Source: Microbotryum violaceum (lineage: Eukaryota). Taken from it: DNA of 64,000 bases. Location of the stretch: the NCBI GenBank assembly GCA_001244265.2, contig CDLV01000014.1:1116001-1180000 (forward strand). The letters run 5' to 3'. Positions 1 through 12,989 of this stretch are shown here, piece after piece (the first letter of the stretch is position 1; each line of letters opens with the position of its first letter). The notes beneath the pieces were generated by a model. The model was not told where the DNA came from, made no database searches, and was given only the letters and a program-made list of their open reading frames with translations. The translations under genes were made by a program, and so were the position numbers.

Positions 1-689
1 GCCATTTTGGGGTGGTTCTCTGTAGCGTGGCAAGTACTTACAATTATCCAAAACGCAGAGATGTTATTGATCTTCTACTAGAAGAAATGCCTTGTGCCGA
101 ACGGCAAGATGATACCCCATCTGTAGACGAAGCTATAATGATCTGAAGTGTGCAAATTTGGTCAATTTGGTCCCGAGTGGTCCGAGCGGCAGCACGCTGC
201 TGCAGCCGCCGGCTTGCGCACTTCGGCGTGTGCGCATCGGTTTTTCTCCCGTCCCATTCCGCATCACTCGTCTTCCCGGTACTATGCTCTTCGCTTGTTC
301 TCGGTGCAACACCGCGCTTCTCTCAGAATGACGCGGAACCGCAGACGCTATGACTCGACGACTCGCCAGTATCACCGCCGTCAGGCGGATCTATTCGCTC
401 GAAGTTCGGCTTCATAAGATATCTCTCGTGGTATTTCAGCCCATCAACACAACACGATATTGTTCACAATCATAGGCCAAAGCTCTTCAACAGTAATTGG
501 ACCCAGCTCAAGCATCTCATCATACAACTCGCCCGCGAAGATGGCCGAGACGCACGAGGCCGAAGCAATAATTGGATCTCCAACCAGGTGGGTAACACTC
601 CAGCATATCAGATCAGTATACAAGACCGCGGCAAGGCCTCTTAAACACTTGCATCCTACCTGTGCAGTCTGACTCAATCCTTGTGAAAG

Positions 690-2475
690 AGATGAAACGA
701 ACCAAACCCGCCTTCGTCTCCAGCCACGACATGGCTCCTGAAGTCTTGACATCTGATCAGATTGACGCACGCCTCGACGCAATAGTCGAAAGCAACTCTT
801 TCATCAGTGGACGCATCCGCAACCTCTTGTCTCACTGCGGAGACCCACCACCAGTCGAAGAATCAAACTGCGACAAACTCAGCTCGGATTCTACGGACGT
901 TGACATGGAGGACGCTCAAGAGGATAGCTCTGGGTCGGATGCAGAACGGGGGTGTTTCAAGGAGCAACATGTATCATTTGTGCGTGATTATTGCCTGAGC
1001 TCAGCCCCTTGGTCAAAGTCAAATTGATGATGGCGTTTATTGACTTGCCGCAGCTTTGTCGCTCGATAATGGGTCAGATCGCCTTCGCGTGTAACCGAAG
1101 AAATAATGCTATGCAGTATCGCAACGGTCTCATGGCTCTCGCTTGTGGAGCGAACGATCGGTTGACGACGTTCCTGTACGACTGTGGCCTCACGACCTCT
1201 CGCCGTACAACTTGACGAGCAGCTTTGAGCCTGACAATGGCCAATCTGGCGTTGCTGAAGGAGATCAGGTCAACCCGCTACTTCCATGTCACAACATCGA
1301 CGTTGCACATCACGTCAATGACGAACACCTTGATCGACGTTCCGAGCTGCTTCATGGGACTTTCGGATATGCGCACGTTCAGAATGGAGACGTGGCTAAC
1401 GCGTACGACCTTCAAGCATACATTGCGCATCAAGCGTTGTTACCTCCGGTCGATGTAAACCTTTTCTTGCCCGCTGGAGCGTCTGAGGAAGCCTTCTCCA
1501 CAGGCTTTTCCGCCCAGATGTATCGAGCGCTTGCCCGACTGGTTCCTCATCTCGGCCTCACGCTTCACGATCCTCGATGCAGACCAGAGCCAATCGAACA
1601 ACTGGATGTCCGAAAACCCGACATTACTTAGCTTAAGATGATGGACGAATCCGATGCATCCACCGCAGATGTAGCAAAATTATCGACCGTCTGCGGATGC
1701 AACTCGGACTCTCGGAGAAAGAATAAGCGGATTCTCTATGGATACTCGGATGTGATGGCGGGACCTCAATGCTTGTCGAGTCACTTCGTAGGAACCGCTT
1801 TCCGTTTCGACGACTGTAGGATGGACTAGGGACTACAGTTACAGAGTTCCAGGCGTGGCTCATTTGCAGTGGTGCATTGGGGCAGCAATCTACCGACGAT
1901 ACTTTGAGGATCCGTTGGAAGGATCGAAATATCGAGGTCGCTTTTCATCACCGCTAATCTACTTGGCCGCAAAGGACTGAACCCCCAAATAATTAAGGAC
2001 TACAACCCGATGGAAAGGCTGCTTCGAGACACCGCTCAACTGGAGCTGTTGAGCTGTCTTCTGCGAGTGATATGGTCCCAAACTATGCACATAAAGCCAA
2101 GGGCAAAATGATGTTATGCGCTGCTGATAGCTCGTTCTGTTATGCATGCAGACAAGAACTTGGCCTCAAATAAATTGACGAGCTCAGACAAACCCACCTC
2201 ACTGGACTCGATGTTGCGATCATGAAGGTCTTCGATCGATACTTGCACTCTGACGCTGTGCAGCGAGCAAAGGTGAACATGGAAAAGGCTCCCGTGTTCT
2301 ATGAATCGCTCCTTCGGCTGCGCGACTTGGTCGATTTCGAGGAAGCGTATTACGCCACTTTGCAAGGAGACATTGGTCGACTCATACATTGTTGGGAGCG
2401 CATGTTTCCCTTCCTCCAGGCCGCTGAAGGCGTTTCCCACTACCGAACGCATCTGCCACACTTACTCCTTCTTAA
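690..2475 (+). pseudogene. Fragmented DUF6589-like (putatively transposon-derived) gene, cut off at ~2475 by the non-LTR element
   Basis: Consecutive + strand fragments broken by stops and frameshifts: FACNRRNNAMQYRNGLMALACGANDRLTTFLYDCGLTTSRRT, CHNIDVAHHV..LLHGTFGY, GDIGRLIHCWERMFPF..GVSHY. These resemble motifs I associate with fungal DUF6589 proteins. Start position is approximate. Confidence 0.6.
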
Positions 2476-4270
2476 GTCCTCGCCAAATTTGTCGACCAAA
2501 AGGAGTCCGAGCTTCTTGCGTAACTCAATCGGGTCAACGCGATCTTCTTGGGTTAATTGTGATCTCCAGTGAGCAGCCCGAGAGCGACGGGTAGGCAGTT
2601 CGGGGGTTGTTTTGGTTGAGTGATGGTCCCTTGATGTCGTTGGCTTTGCCCTCGAAGCTGATCGTAAGGGCGACTCTCTGAACTCACTCGATGGAGACCG
2701 ACGAGGTGTGCCCTTGACAGGTGTTGGCGTTTGTACGGGCATGGGGGATCATGAGGGCGGTAGCGACGTCGTGGACTGGCGTTGTGGACCGAAGGTGAGA
2801 CCGGTGAGGCGCGGCTGGCTGATTCACGTCGGCGCGAAGAACCGTCCCTCTGGGTCCGTGCGCGAGCCAGCTCCAAGTTGAAAATAACGACTTCTCACCA
2901 TCCGTTCACCCGTTGTGGGGCTGGCGCGTTCTGGTTGTGGCGTTGCCGTTGCGTGTCGATGTAAGAGGCGAGATGTTGACCCAGCATTCCTGTGGTGACC
3001 GTTTCCAGGACGTCTGTGACACGCAGGGCAAATGGACCGGGCGGGGCAACGTGGCGGGGTCATTGAACGATCCGACAACCGTGATTTCCTCATTCATGAC
3101 CGGGCTAGTCGTCGCGAGGCAGACTTGCGAGAACGAGGAACTGCAAACCTTGTCGATGTCGCCGCTGTGCGCGTGCTTGAGCACAACTCGGAGTACGCGC
3201 GGCGCGGTGTTGGTCCTCGTCATCGAATATACGAAGATGTAGGAGACCTCGATACCCAATTCGGCGAAATGCTTTCCAGCGGCCTTCTCGAGTTCGGACA
3301 CTGGTACCTTCGCCAGGTCTGCCCATTTGTTGTCCGCGTTGCTGCCGGTCGATACGAAGCTGCAACTGATCGTGCGGGTAAGGTCGTCTTTGTTACTCGC
3401 GGCAAAGTGCGCCCCGAGGTTGAACACCGTGCCATCAATGGTGATGGGTCTGCACATCGTTAAGGTATAGGTCAGCCATTTGCTTCCTATGCCTCCTGTC
3501 GTTCCCACCAACTTGACGCACTGGAACTTATTGAGATGCGCGCTGACCAGTGTTAGGTCCAACGAAGATTGGTCCTCCATCGTTTTGGTGGGGTCGCGCT
3601 CTTCGCCTTTCTCGTATGGGCCATCAATGGCGCAAGAGTCGGCGTTGACAGGGTGGCCGTCAATGTTGCCAAGGCTGGCTTGGGCTAACGAGGTCGTGTA
3701 CTTGTGCTGCCTCGAGGGAGGGACGCCAGAAATTTCGAGGAGGTGAAGTAGGTGCTTCGTGAGCGTCTCCTTGGCTGAGGTGGCACTCGTAGCGGGAAGC
3801 CCGGTCACAATCAAGCTGTTCGAGCGTTCCTCTGACAATCCAGCTTGAGTGGCGGCTGCACCGGTGGAGTCCTGCATTTTGAAAGTTGCCATTGCGTTCA
3901 ATTTTGTTGTTGTGTTGAGTTGGGTAGGGATTCGGTTGAAGGTAATTGGATGGGCTGGGGGATCAGTGAACTGGCAAAGGGAGAGGAGCGCGGCGCGGCG
4001 GATCAGGCGGTGGCATGATCTCTTTTGTTTTCTTGTGCATTGTTTGTAGATTGATCGGGCAACCGCAGCACTGGTCATGAGCATCGGTTCGCTTGTCCGT
4101 TTGCCGAGGTGGAGATTGTCGTTCGTGGGAATGGGTGAAGCGCGAGAGTCCAAGCATTTTGAAAAGTCCAAGCCTTTTGATAGCGCGTGCCACGCTGCTC
4201 CTATAGTCAGGGTGTTGAAACGTTGGTCTCTTGGGGTCCTGTTTGTCAAAAGTTGTTTGGGGTGCCACAT
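2476..4270 (-). pseudogene. Gag/ORF1-like protein (RRM-like segments plus a frameshift-split zinc knuckle), antisense to the adjacent pol
   Basis: 454-aa ORF with ERSNSLIVTGLP (like the start of an ORF1 RRM) and APRVLRVVLK. CPACHRRPGNGH in one frame followed by QECW in another gives a CCHC-like knuckle at ~2980-3035. Confidence 0.6.
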
Positions 4271-4442
4271 TCCTTCTCTGGGTTGAGTGAACTTGAGGGG
4301 ATCAGGTCTGAAAGAGGTTGTGTTTCTGACACTATTTCCAAGTTCGGGTGTGGCTGCCTTACACAGGCTATAGTTTACGCCGAGGTATGATTTCCCGCGT
4401 CGCTAATGAGGAAAAATTCGTAGTTCGTCTATCCGGAGGTTT

Positions 4443-5249
4443 ATGTTGCGTATGATGATGAGTATGTCCATCCCAATGCTCGGTGCTTTGCAAACATCGA
4501 TGGCAGCAATGCAGAACCTCGGAACACAATTGACTCAGGGCCAAAATGACATCAGACGCGCCATGCTCGAAGGCACACAGACACAGCGGCACAGAGACGC
4601 CATGATGGACTTCAATATTCAGGAGCGCGGACAACTCTTACAAATCGAGCTTTTCACGTCACGTGCCGAACAAGCAGAAGCCGCCATCGATGACGCGCGA
4701 GCTACATTGGAGCGACCTAACCTTCCCGCACACGAGAAGGAGTACCTGACTGCAAAATTTCAGCGAGCCGTGGTCATGGAGAGCAAAGCGCGGGTGCAGC
4801 TGGAGAAGGCAGAAACCGACCTCCAAAGCATCGTCGACCAAAGAGCCGCCAAAGTCCGTCAGACCGGTCTAAAAAGGAGTAGTACCGACACACAACTGGG
4901 CCGAGTACGAACTACCTTGGTCATTCCATTTAACACCACCGCTGTACTGATACGTAGCGAGAGCGATGCTCATAAACTTTCCATGTCAGCAGGCCAAAAT
5001 AACCAACAGTACGGACAGCGCCATGGAGGTAGAAGAGTGAGGTACATCCGCCAAACGAACCTACCAACTATTGAGTTTAAAAATCAATATCGCGATCTCA
5101 CCCAGCCCATACTCAAAACTTGTATTGAATTCCTGGTTTTTATGGCCCTCATAGCTAGCCAGCCTACCCGAGCAGTCCCTTTTTTTAGCCCTCATACTAC
5201 TCCTGTCAAACCTCCCAACCGCGGCTGCAATCGGAATTCTTCCTCTTAA
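4443..5249 (+). CDS. Coiled-coil ORF directly upstream of LINE ORF2 (possibly the C-terminal part of ORF1)
   Basis: 268-aa ORF rich in Q/E/A/M with heptad-like character (RAEQAEAAIDDARATLE; KARVQLEKAETDLQSIVDQR). Confidence 0.5.
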   Translation: MLRMMMSMSIPMLGALQTSMAAMQNLGTQLTQGQNDIRRAMLEGTQTQRHRDAMMDFNIQERGQLLQIELFTSRAEQAEAAIDDARATLERPNLPAHEKEYLTAKFQRAVVMESKARVQLEKAETDLQSIVDQRAAKVRQTGLKRSSTDTQLGRVRTTLVIPFNTTAVLIRSESDAHKLSMSAGQNNQQYGQRHGGRRVRYIRQTNLPTIEFKNQYRDLTQPILKTCIEFLVFMALIASQPTRAVPFFSPHTTPVKPPNRGCNRNSSS

Positions 5250-6951
5250 ATTCCTGTCGGCGAACATGAAAGGCATGAGTGCAATCAAAGCGAACTACAT
5301 GCTCGACACGCAGAAACAGACTCAAAGAGCCAATCAACACGCAGCGACTCCTTAACACCCAAGGCTACCTAGCGTTTCAGACAAACTATCTGCCAGTTGA
5401 GAGCACAAGGGGGTGCATCGGCAAAATATGGAGTGCTGCTCTTGGTTCGGAAGGGTATACCGGTCATACAGCACAAAGTGTTTGCCGAAGGACCGCTTGC
5501 CAGACGAGTCGTGATAGCTGACATTCTCCTGAGCAGAGAAAGGGGCCCCAGTGAGAAGGTCCGGAAACTAGCCGTATACTGCCCCCATTCGGATTTCGAG
5601 CATCAGACGACGGGAGGAGAGTCGGCACTGGACCTGTTCTGGACAGAAGTAACGAATAATCTGAGGAATGGATCAATCACCAACTGGATCCTGTTGGGCG
5701 ACACTAATGCTACTCTTGGCGTCCACGAGTCTGATGCAACAACCTACATAATGAACAAAGCTAGTTTACGATACTCGCGGTTCTTACGAGACATGGAGGC
5801 AACAGATGCATGGATTGCGAAAGCAGGAACGTCGGTAACCATAGACTGGACGCACCAATCCATGGCGCACAAAACAAAAGCGATCCTGGATCGCGCAGCC
5901 AGTTCGGTCGCACCAGGGTATATCGATATAGAAACGATTAGGGGAGGAACGCCAACCGGATCAGACCATAAGCCGATAGTAGTTCGCATCACCTTCGAAG
6001 GATGTAAACCACCGGCTGCCCAGGTGAACAATGCAGGCCCTAAGCGCGTCCGACTGGCGAGGAAAGGAGATGCGACTAAACCCCTCTTCAGAGCCACAAT
6101 CTCCAGCAGCCTTCGGACGAACGACATCCTTCAACCATACCTATCCCCAAACGGAAAGGAAATTCAATCCGCAGAGGAATGGGACAGCGTGTACGACGAA
6201 TTCATAGAGCTGATCAACACTACTGCCAGAAAGGTTTTCGGAACAAGAGGGCCGGTGAAACGAAAGGAATGGATGGGGTCGGCACAGTACCGCCATGTCG
6301 TGGGCGACCGGAAACAGCTCAACCGGTTGATACATGCACTCAAGAACAACTATCTTGACGGGCTGATGCAAGCGGAAGGAGTACACAAGTGGCTTCCCCG
6401 ACCCCTAACTAGGTTGGATAGAATAGCCCTCGAGACGCACATCAACGTTCTAGCCGTAGCTGAAAAGGAGCGCGTACGCTTAAATAAAGAAGAAGGGTTT
6501 TTAAAACGAAAGGAGCTCCGCGAAGCGGCGAAAAAGAAAGATGGGGCAAAACTGGCAAGTATGCTTCACGGAGGGTCAGTAAAGAAAACCCTTCTGCCCA
6601 GGTCAGAACCGACTGAGCCGTACGCAATTCCAGTAGATGGAGCAATGGCGAGCGAATCGGGGGCCGTAAAGGCAGAGACAAAAGCGTACTTCAAGAACTT
6701 GTTCCAGAAGGACGCCGAAGGGATCCCGCCGGAACGACCGTGGATGCACAGCCGCGCAGCAGAAAAATTTCGTGCTGAGGCCCGTGAAATGCCATTCACA
6801 TGGCCACAGATACTACAAAAGAATGATCTACACAGACTCCTTTATAAAGAAAACCAAAGTCCGTCACCAGGGCCGGATGGATTGGAAAAGTGGGTTCTGG
6901 CAGAACTAGCGCAGAGTGATTTAGAGATCGTCCGGAAACTGCTCAACCTCG

Positions 6952-9583
6952 TTACCCTAACCAGTGAAAAAAAAGTGTGAGTTAAGGAATGTACCTAAAA
7001 TCGCTTGCGGCCCGGAGAACCGCCTGTGGTGGACGTACCAGCATACTGTTGTGTCTGCCGCACCTGCCTGTGGTGTCGGGGTTCCGATCAGAAGTCATGT
7101 ACAAGCCCTGTGGTGACTTTTGTATTTTCCGCGCCGTTCCAACGAAGCAACAGTGCTCCCAGTATTTTCCTTCTTTTTTTCGCTCACATAAAACAATGCT
7201 TCCACTCATATGGTATTTAATGAACCGCAAGCGCGTGGCTTTGCATGATATTGCTTCTACAGCAGAGCTCTGCCTGACGTGCGAGGCGAGGGCTGGCGTT
7301 CGTCACGTGATGCGGTGCGCCGGCGGTGTCAGTGTCATTCCGGCAGTCGACCAGCGGCATTAGGGGCTGAACAACCAATTTGCCCGTATGGCATTCGACC
7401 AGCGGCATTAGGGGCTGAACAACAAATCAAACCACGTGAATAACCCGGCGCCACTCCCTCGAACCTTTCCTTTCTCCCTCCCACTCTCATCCAATTTTAG
7501 TGACACTCATTCAAGAACAAACCCTCGCCACTATGCCCCGGTCCCGGCCCAAGGTCGCCAGCCTCGCCAAGTCTTGGGCGCGAGGGTAGCGCCGTACCAT
7601 AGCGTAACATGGGCCTGCTCGAGCGCCCGCTGCTGGGCGCCCCGCGGCTCGACCCTCCTCTTCGTCCCGCTCCGATCAACAGAATCAGCCCCCCGGCGCG
7701 TCATGACAACAATTCAACCGATCTTGGCATTGCGACACGTATACGAGCCCGCCGTGCAGCTGTGCAGAACGGACAGCGTGGTCAGCGCGATGGCCAACTC
7801 GACGCTGGGCTCGCCCCACCACCACCTCCGCAAAGGCGAGTGCGCCGGGCTCGAATCGCGCTCAAACCCTTCAAGCCCACGTTTCGATCCGCGACGACCT
7901 CGGCCCGCAGACGGCCGTGTGCACCCACTGCAAGGCTCGGCACTGGGAGTGCGAAAGGTCCAAGTCGACCAGACACTTCAGCGCGTGCTGCTCGCAGGGC
8001 AAGGTGCGGCTACCTCCCCTCCCCAGCCCAATCTCGAGTATCGGCAGCTTCTTGAAGGCTCGGATAGCCGTCAGTTGCTCCGTCCAACAACATCTCTCTG
8101 CAGTATGGCCCACATGCTGAACTGTGCGACCCACCTACACAGAAGCTAAAGCATTCCGCGAAAACGCCCGGTCCTACAACAACGCGCTGTCGTTCACTTC
8201 GCTCGCTGCCCACTGGGACCAAACTTAAATGGGCACGCTAGGACCCCGTGTGTTTCGCGTATTTGGTCGTCTTTACTATCGACTCGGCACCCTGATCCCT
8301 GCCGTGAATCAATGCCCAGCCTTTGCTCAAACATGGCTGATCAACCCGGCCGAGGCCACCGACACTCGACTTGAACCCGACGGCGCAGACAGTCACATGC
8401 AACGATCTACTTTGACCAAGCTCGAGTCCATGTTGCGTACCAAGAATCACTTTGTGAGGGAGTTCGCATCGGCCAAAGCTCGCGCAGGTTGGGATACGGC
8501 CAAAGAGTGGATCCTGCGCCTCTGCCTCCCGCCAGGCCGGGACCGACGCACCCACAACCTTCCTACGTCGAGCACGGAAATGGCGATGCTTATCTGCGAT
8601 TCCGACACCAACACGGGAGATCGTGGACGTCAAGACCTTATTCTCCAGGTGCACGGTGATCGATGTCCCGATGGTCGGCCCAAGTACCAAATCGTTAGCT
8701 CGCTCCATCCCCCGCGATGCCTCTCCGTTACCCACTACTTTTTCCTGCCGGGGAAGATGGCTTCCACCCCAACATTCCTCTTTGCGGGTTCCACCAAGCC
8801 GGGCCGCCAATTGCCAGAAACCGAGAGCAGATCGACAATGGTGCCAATTGCGCGAGCTACTTGCCGGTCTCGGTCTGGATGACGAAGAGAATGGTGATGG
8901 TGAACGTACGCATCTTCGGCTCTTTCTCTGATCTTCTATTCTGTTTAAGGCGCAAGCACAGACTGACCTTGAACTTTTGAACACCTAGGACGAAGGTCAA
9001 GTAAAGGGGTCGAGGTGGCAAGTCTCGCGTTCACAATTCTTTGCGCACTACTTGCCAAACGCGACGAGCACTTCTCAATCCCGCATTGCACCCAACGTCC
9101 CTTCCTGGAGTTCGTGAATTACGGATGCACTCCCAAGTCAAGACCGATTGACTCAACACATCCGGTTACATCAAGAGAACCTACGCCTCACCACGACCCA
9201 AGGCATCAACGGCTTGACCCCGAACCAAATCGCGACATCACGCAGCGATACCAGGATGCGATGGCGTGCGTTGTCAAACATGGAAAGCCTCCGCTGCTGA
9301 TCACGATGACGTACGACCCCGACTCACCGGAAACCAAGGCTGCACTGGGGCCGATAGCGCATGCAACCGTCCGGATCTCATCGCACGAGTGTTTGAAGCC
9401 AAGTCCGGCAACAAGCGACATGCAGGCTGTTTCGGCGATGAATATAAGATGAATGGATTTTGTTTCTTTGCTGTACTTCGTATTGTGTTTTCTTAACCTC
9501 TGCGCTGATATCATGTAGACTGTTCGATTATCCTGCTATTGTTTTGATTTCATCCTCCCGTTAATTTAACGGGTTCCCACTGG
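6952..9583 (+). mobile_element. Internally deleted Helitron (Rep N-terminal half, no helicase) inserted into the LINE RT
   Basis: Protein motifs: CTHCKARHWECE..CCSQGKVRLP, ENARSYNNALSFTS, FRVFGRLYYRLGTL, LRYPLLFPAGEDGFH, YQDAMA..GKPPLLITMT, RPDLIARVF. 3' hairpin CCCGTTAA-T-TTAACGGG (9557-9573) followed by CTGG (9580-9583). Removing the element rejoins ctc-gtt-ttg-aca (LLNLV-LTNNYF) in frame with no TSD. Confidence 0.93.
7347..7423 (+). repeat. Two direct copies of TCGACCAGCGGCATTAGGGGCTGAACAAC inside the Helitron 5' region
   Basis: Copies start at ~7347 and ~7395. Confidence 0.85.
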
Positions 9584-12500
9584 TTTTGACAAACAATTAT
9601 TTTGATAAGCTAAAATATCACTATATCCTACCGATGTATAAGAATCGAGGGCTGTATACAGAACTCAACAATTATCGAGCGGTATGTTTCGGACTTATAC
9701 TGGCAATCTTAGCTACCTCTTGGTTCACCACGCTGGCGCAGGAGTATGCAATGAGGCGCCACCTCATTCCAGACACCCAGACCGCAGTACAAAGCGGGAA
9801 CCAACAACGCGATCTCACAAGCTACCTCTCACAAATACAAGCATGGGCATACCGCCACGATGAAACCATCTACGCCCTTGTACGAGATCAAAAGAAAAGC
9901 TTCGATTTACTACGAGCGGAAGCGGGATATGATGCTTACAACTTCTTTGGGCTGCCCAAGGCAGTGGAGGATTTCGATCGCGCCCGCCTAGCACAAGGCC
10001 GGTTTTTCGTCAAAACCCCTTATGGGCCAACGGAACCTTTTACGGCCGAAGCAGGGTGACCCGCCAAACCCCCTAAGATTTGCACTCAGCATGGCAATGG
10101 GGGAAGATTACCTAAGCGAGACAGAGCAGGACAATGAAGCCAGAGATGAAAACCCGACCACGCCGCTCATTCTGAAGTCAGGAAACGCCAGAAAAGGTTG
10201 CATACATCACGAAGGCGACAACGCAGAGGTTGACCTCACAATGGTGTCTGTTATGGACGACACAATGATTTTTGCGCGCTCGCCAGAAGAACTTAGCCGA
10301 AGGGCGCTACTTATGGAAACATTTCAGGAGGCATATGGAGCTCAGACGAACTGGGGCGAAAAGACAAAGATATTCATCACAGGGGAAACACCAACCGACC
10401 TCGTAGACCAGGCAGCCACGGAACAAATGCAGAGGAAAGTCCAGAGGCCGGGTCCTCATGCCAAAATGACAATCGAAACACCCCACGGACCCAGAGATGT
10501 CCGAGTTGCTCAGGGGCTGACATTTCTACGAACCTCATGCACTATGAAAACTCTCACTTTGAAAGTATCAAAAATATTATCAGCTGTTCGGGGATTCCAT
10601 CACAACACAACGTTTGCCACTGACGGCGGTGCTGAGATATCTAGAACAAGCCGTGATTAGCAAGATTCGGGGAAAGCTGAGTCTTAGCCCAGTCAACTTG
10701 GACCAAGCAGAGAAACTTGACAACTTGCTCGCGAATCAAGTCCAGCAGTACTTCAACCTACCCCTTACGGCAAGCGCTAAACTCCTATGTATGCCGATAG
10801 CAGAATTCGGCATGGGACTTTGCAAGCATCTGGAGGCTTAATGCATATATGATCGTAACAGGAGTACAAATCACGCTCAGCGACCTGCACTGTGGGCCGA
10901 ACAAATGCTAAAATCGATGCCACTGGCGACCGGGCCAAGAAACCATGCGAGAAAGAAAACAAAGGGGAGAAGCCTGCTTGAACTTTGGGGGGCAGAAATA
11001 TATAAAAAGGAATACTTGACAAGGACAATTGCGCCAAACTGGGCAAACGCCTCTGCGATTCTGGACGCCTGTCACCCACTAGAAATAGCGAACACCGACG
11101 ACATCAGTCTGCGGTCCGGGGACGTCAGCTTGGCACATTTACTAGTCAAGTATACCAGAGGCCATCGAAGTCGGGCCGTCAACTCCGCAGTACAAGCACT
11201 CAAAACCGCAAACACACGAACTCTCTCAGACCTGGGCCGCAGGATGAACCTGATCGACGGAGAGAGCCGTCAAATCCGAACACAACTTGAGCTGATCGCA
11301 CGGACAGCAAGGAAAGAGCTCCTATCCTTGGAGACTTCCGGCCGGGGAACGAACGACGGTCAGAGTCGGCAGGCTCGATGTAGTCAACAGGAGAACGACA
11401 TCATGGAAAACGTGGAAGCGCAGATCAGAGCACAGGGACTCGACCCGACACAGAAGATCTAGCAGAGCGTCTGGACAACGGATGGCTCGGTCATAAACTG
11501 GGGGACCTGTCGGACATCCACGGCAGCAGCAGTGGTGGGCCCAGTGGACCTTAGGTTACTTCTCCCGTATCGTGCAGCAATTCAGCAAGCGGAAGTTACC
11601 GCGCTCATTGTGGCGGTGATTGCTGCACGATCCATGACGTCAGACGGGGCACCGATCACTATCATGACGGACCATCTGGGAACGGCGCGCCTCATCAAGG
11701 AGTGGCAGGCGCACCCAGAGCGGGAGATATCGAGGAAAATACCCAGTCTCTCGTATCACTCGTGGCTCCGAAGGTTGGTGATGGCCATGTCAATGCTTAC
11801 TGTACACCATGTGAAAGCCCACACGACGGGACAGGATGAATGGTCAATACTGAACCGAAGGGCCGACGCGGGAAGCGAATCGTGCCCATAAGGATATGTA
11901 TTTTGTGCTTCGACCACCAACACATGGACTTTCAAGCTGGGCCATGAAGGACGATGCCGAATGGATCGAAAACAATATTGGAGAGATAGTGGAGAAAAGG
12001 CTGACATAGGTTCAGTTTGGAAAATTAGCCGACACAACGTGGAAGAAACTTCGCCTATTACAGTTAACAGGGATGAAACCAGCAATTTACCCCTACAAAA
12101 AAGTGAAATCGACGTATGCTGCACTGGTGCAATGGCAACTTCGAAGCTCATCACTGCCACTAGCAACAAGAATGAAGCGGCGCGGAAGTGAAGAGCAGCG
12201 AAATCGGACTGATCCCTCTTGCCCACGGTGTACCAGCGCAACGGGATCGGAGTTCGAAACGGAGGAGCACGTTTTTCTCAGATGCCCGAAATCGGTGAGA
12301 ATCCGAGTACAGCTCCAATCAGACCTGAAAATCGCGTCCATAGGTTTTATCAAGGCTACAGCCGACAACGTGGGCGAAGGGGAACGGGAGATATTGGTCC
12401 GATTCGCACAGAATTTGGTATTACAACAACACGGATGGTGGTATGGTGTGAGCTTCACTCCGGTACCGGCGTTAGCAATTGAGGCGATTCCAGAACGTCT

Positions 12501-12989
12501 GAGGGCGAAATTACTGCAGACATAGCATCACGAACTGATTAAAGGGACAGCAAGGATATGGGGTGATCGCCAGAAAGCGTGGGCGGAAACCCGTAGGAGA
12601 AGATAGTGAGAGTCAAGGAAGAAGGGATGGATAGGGTGCAGCTCAATGGAGCAGTGTAGGTTGCAGTATCGAACAGGGTGAGGGGAGCGGTTGGAAGTCG
12701 TAGGTTAGGTCAGAGGCAATAGCCCAGTTAATGTGGTCCAGCGCCCGATAAGGGTCGTCTCATTGTAGACTAGCGGGAATCCAAATTCTCATTCCCACCG
12801 CTGTAGCTCAATGAATAGGATTCCCAAGAGTCTTCCCTTGGGGTATATGCTCCAAAAGATAGCATAAGAGTAACCCTTTTGCAACGATTGTATAGGTTGT
12901 TTTTATTTGCCATGCTACAGCAAGATGGTACTTTTCTGGGCCAGATTTCGATAGGCAACTCAGCCAAACGCGCCGATAAGGTACAAGCG

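Larger units (their letters stand above)
5240..12608 (+). pseudogene. LINE ORF2: AP endonuclease, reverse transcriptase, RNase H and C-terminal zinc finger, with several stops and frameshifts
   Basis: APE: FLSANMKG, GVLLLVRK, ILLGDTNA, ILDRAA, GSDHKPI. RT: SPGPDG, PMYKNRG..NNYRAVC, DQKKSFD, KQGDPPNPLRF, VMDD. RNase H: TTDGS, AEVTAL, IMTDH, HVKAH, NRRAD. Zinc finger: CPRC..ETEEHVFLRC. Confidence 0.92.
2476..12760 (+). mobile_element. Degenerate non-LTR retrotransposon (LINE): inverted gag-like segment, coiled-coil ORF, and APE-RT-RNaseH-CCHC ORF2
   Basis: See the sub-features below. The element's sense strand is A-rich throughout. No poly(A) tail or TSD was recognised, so both ends are approximate. 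Confidence 0.85.
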
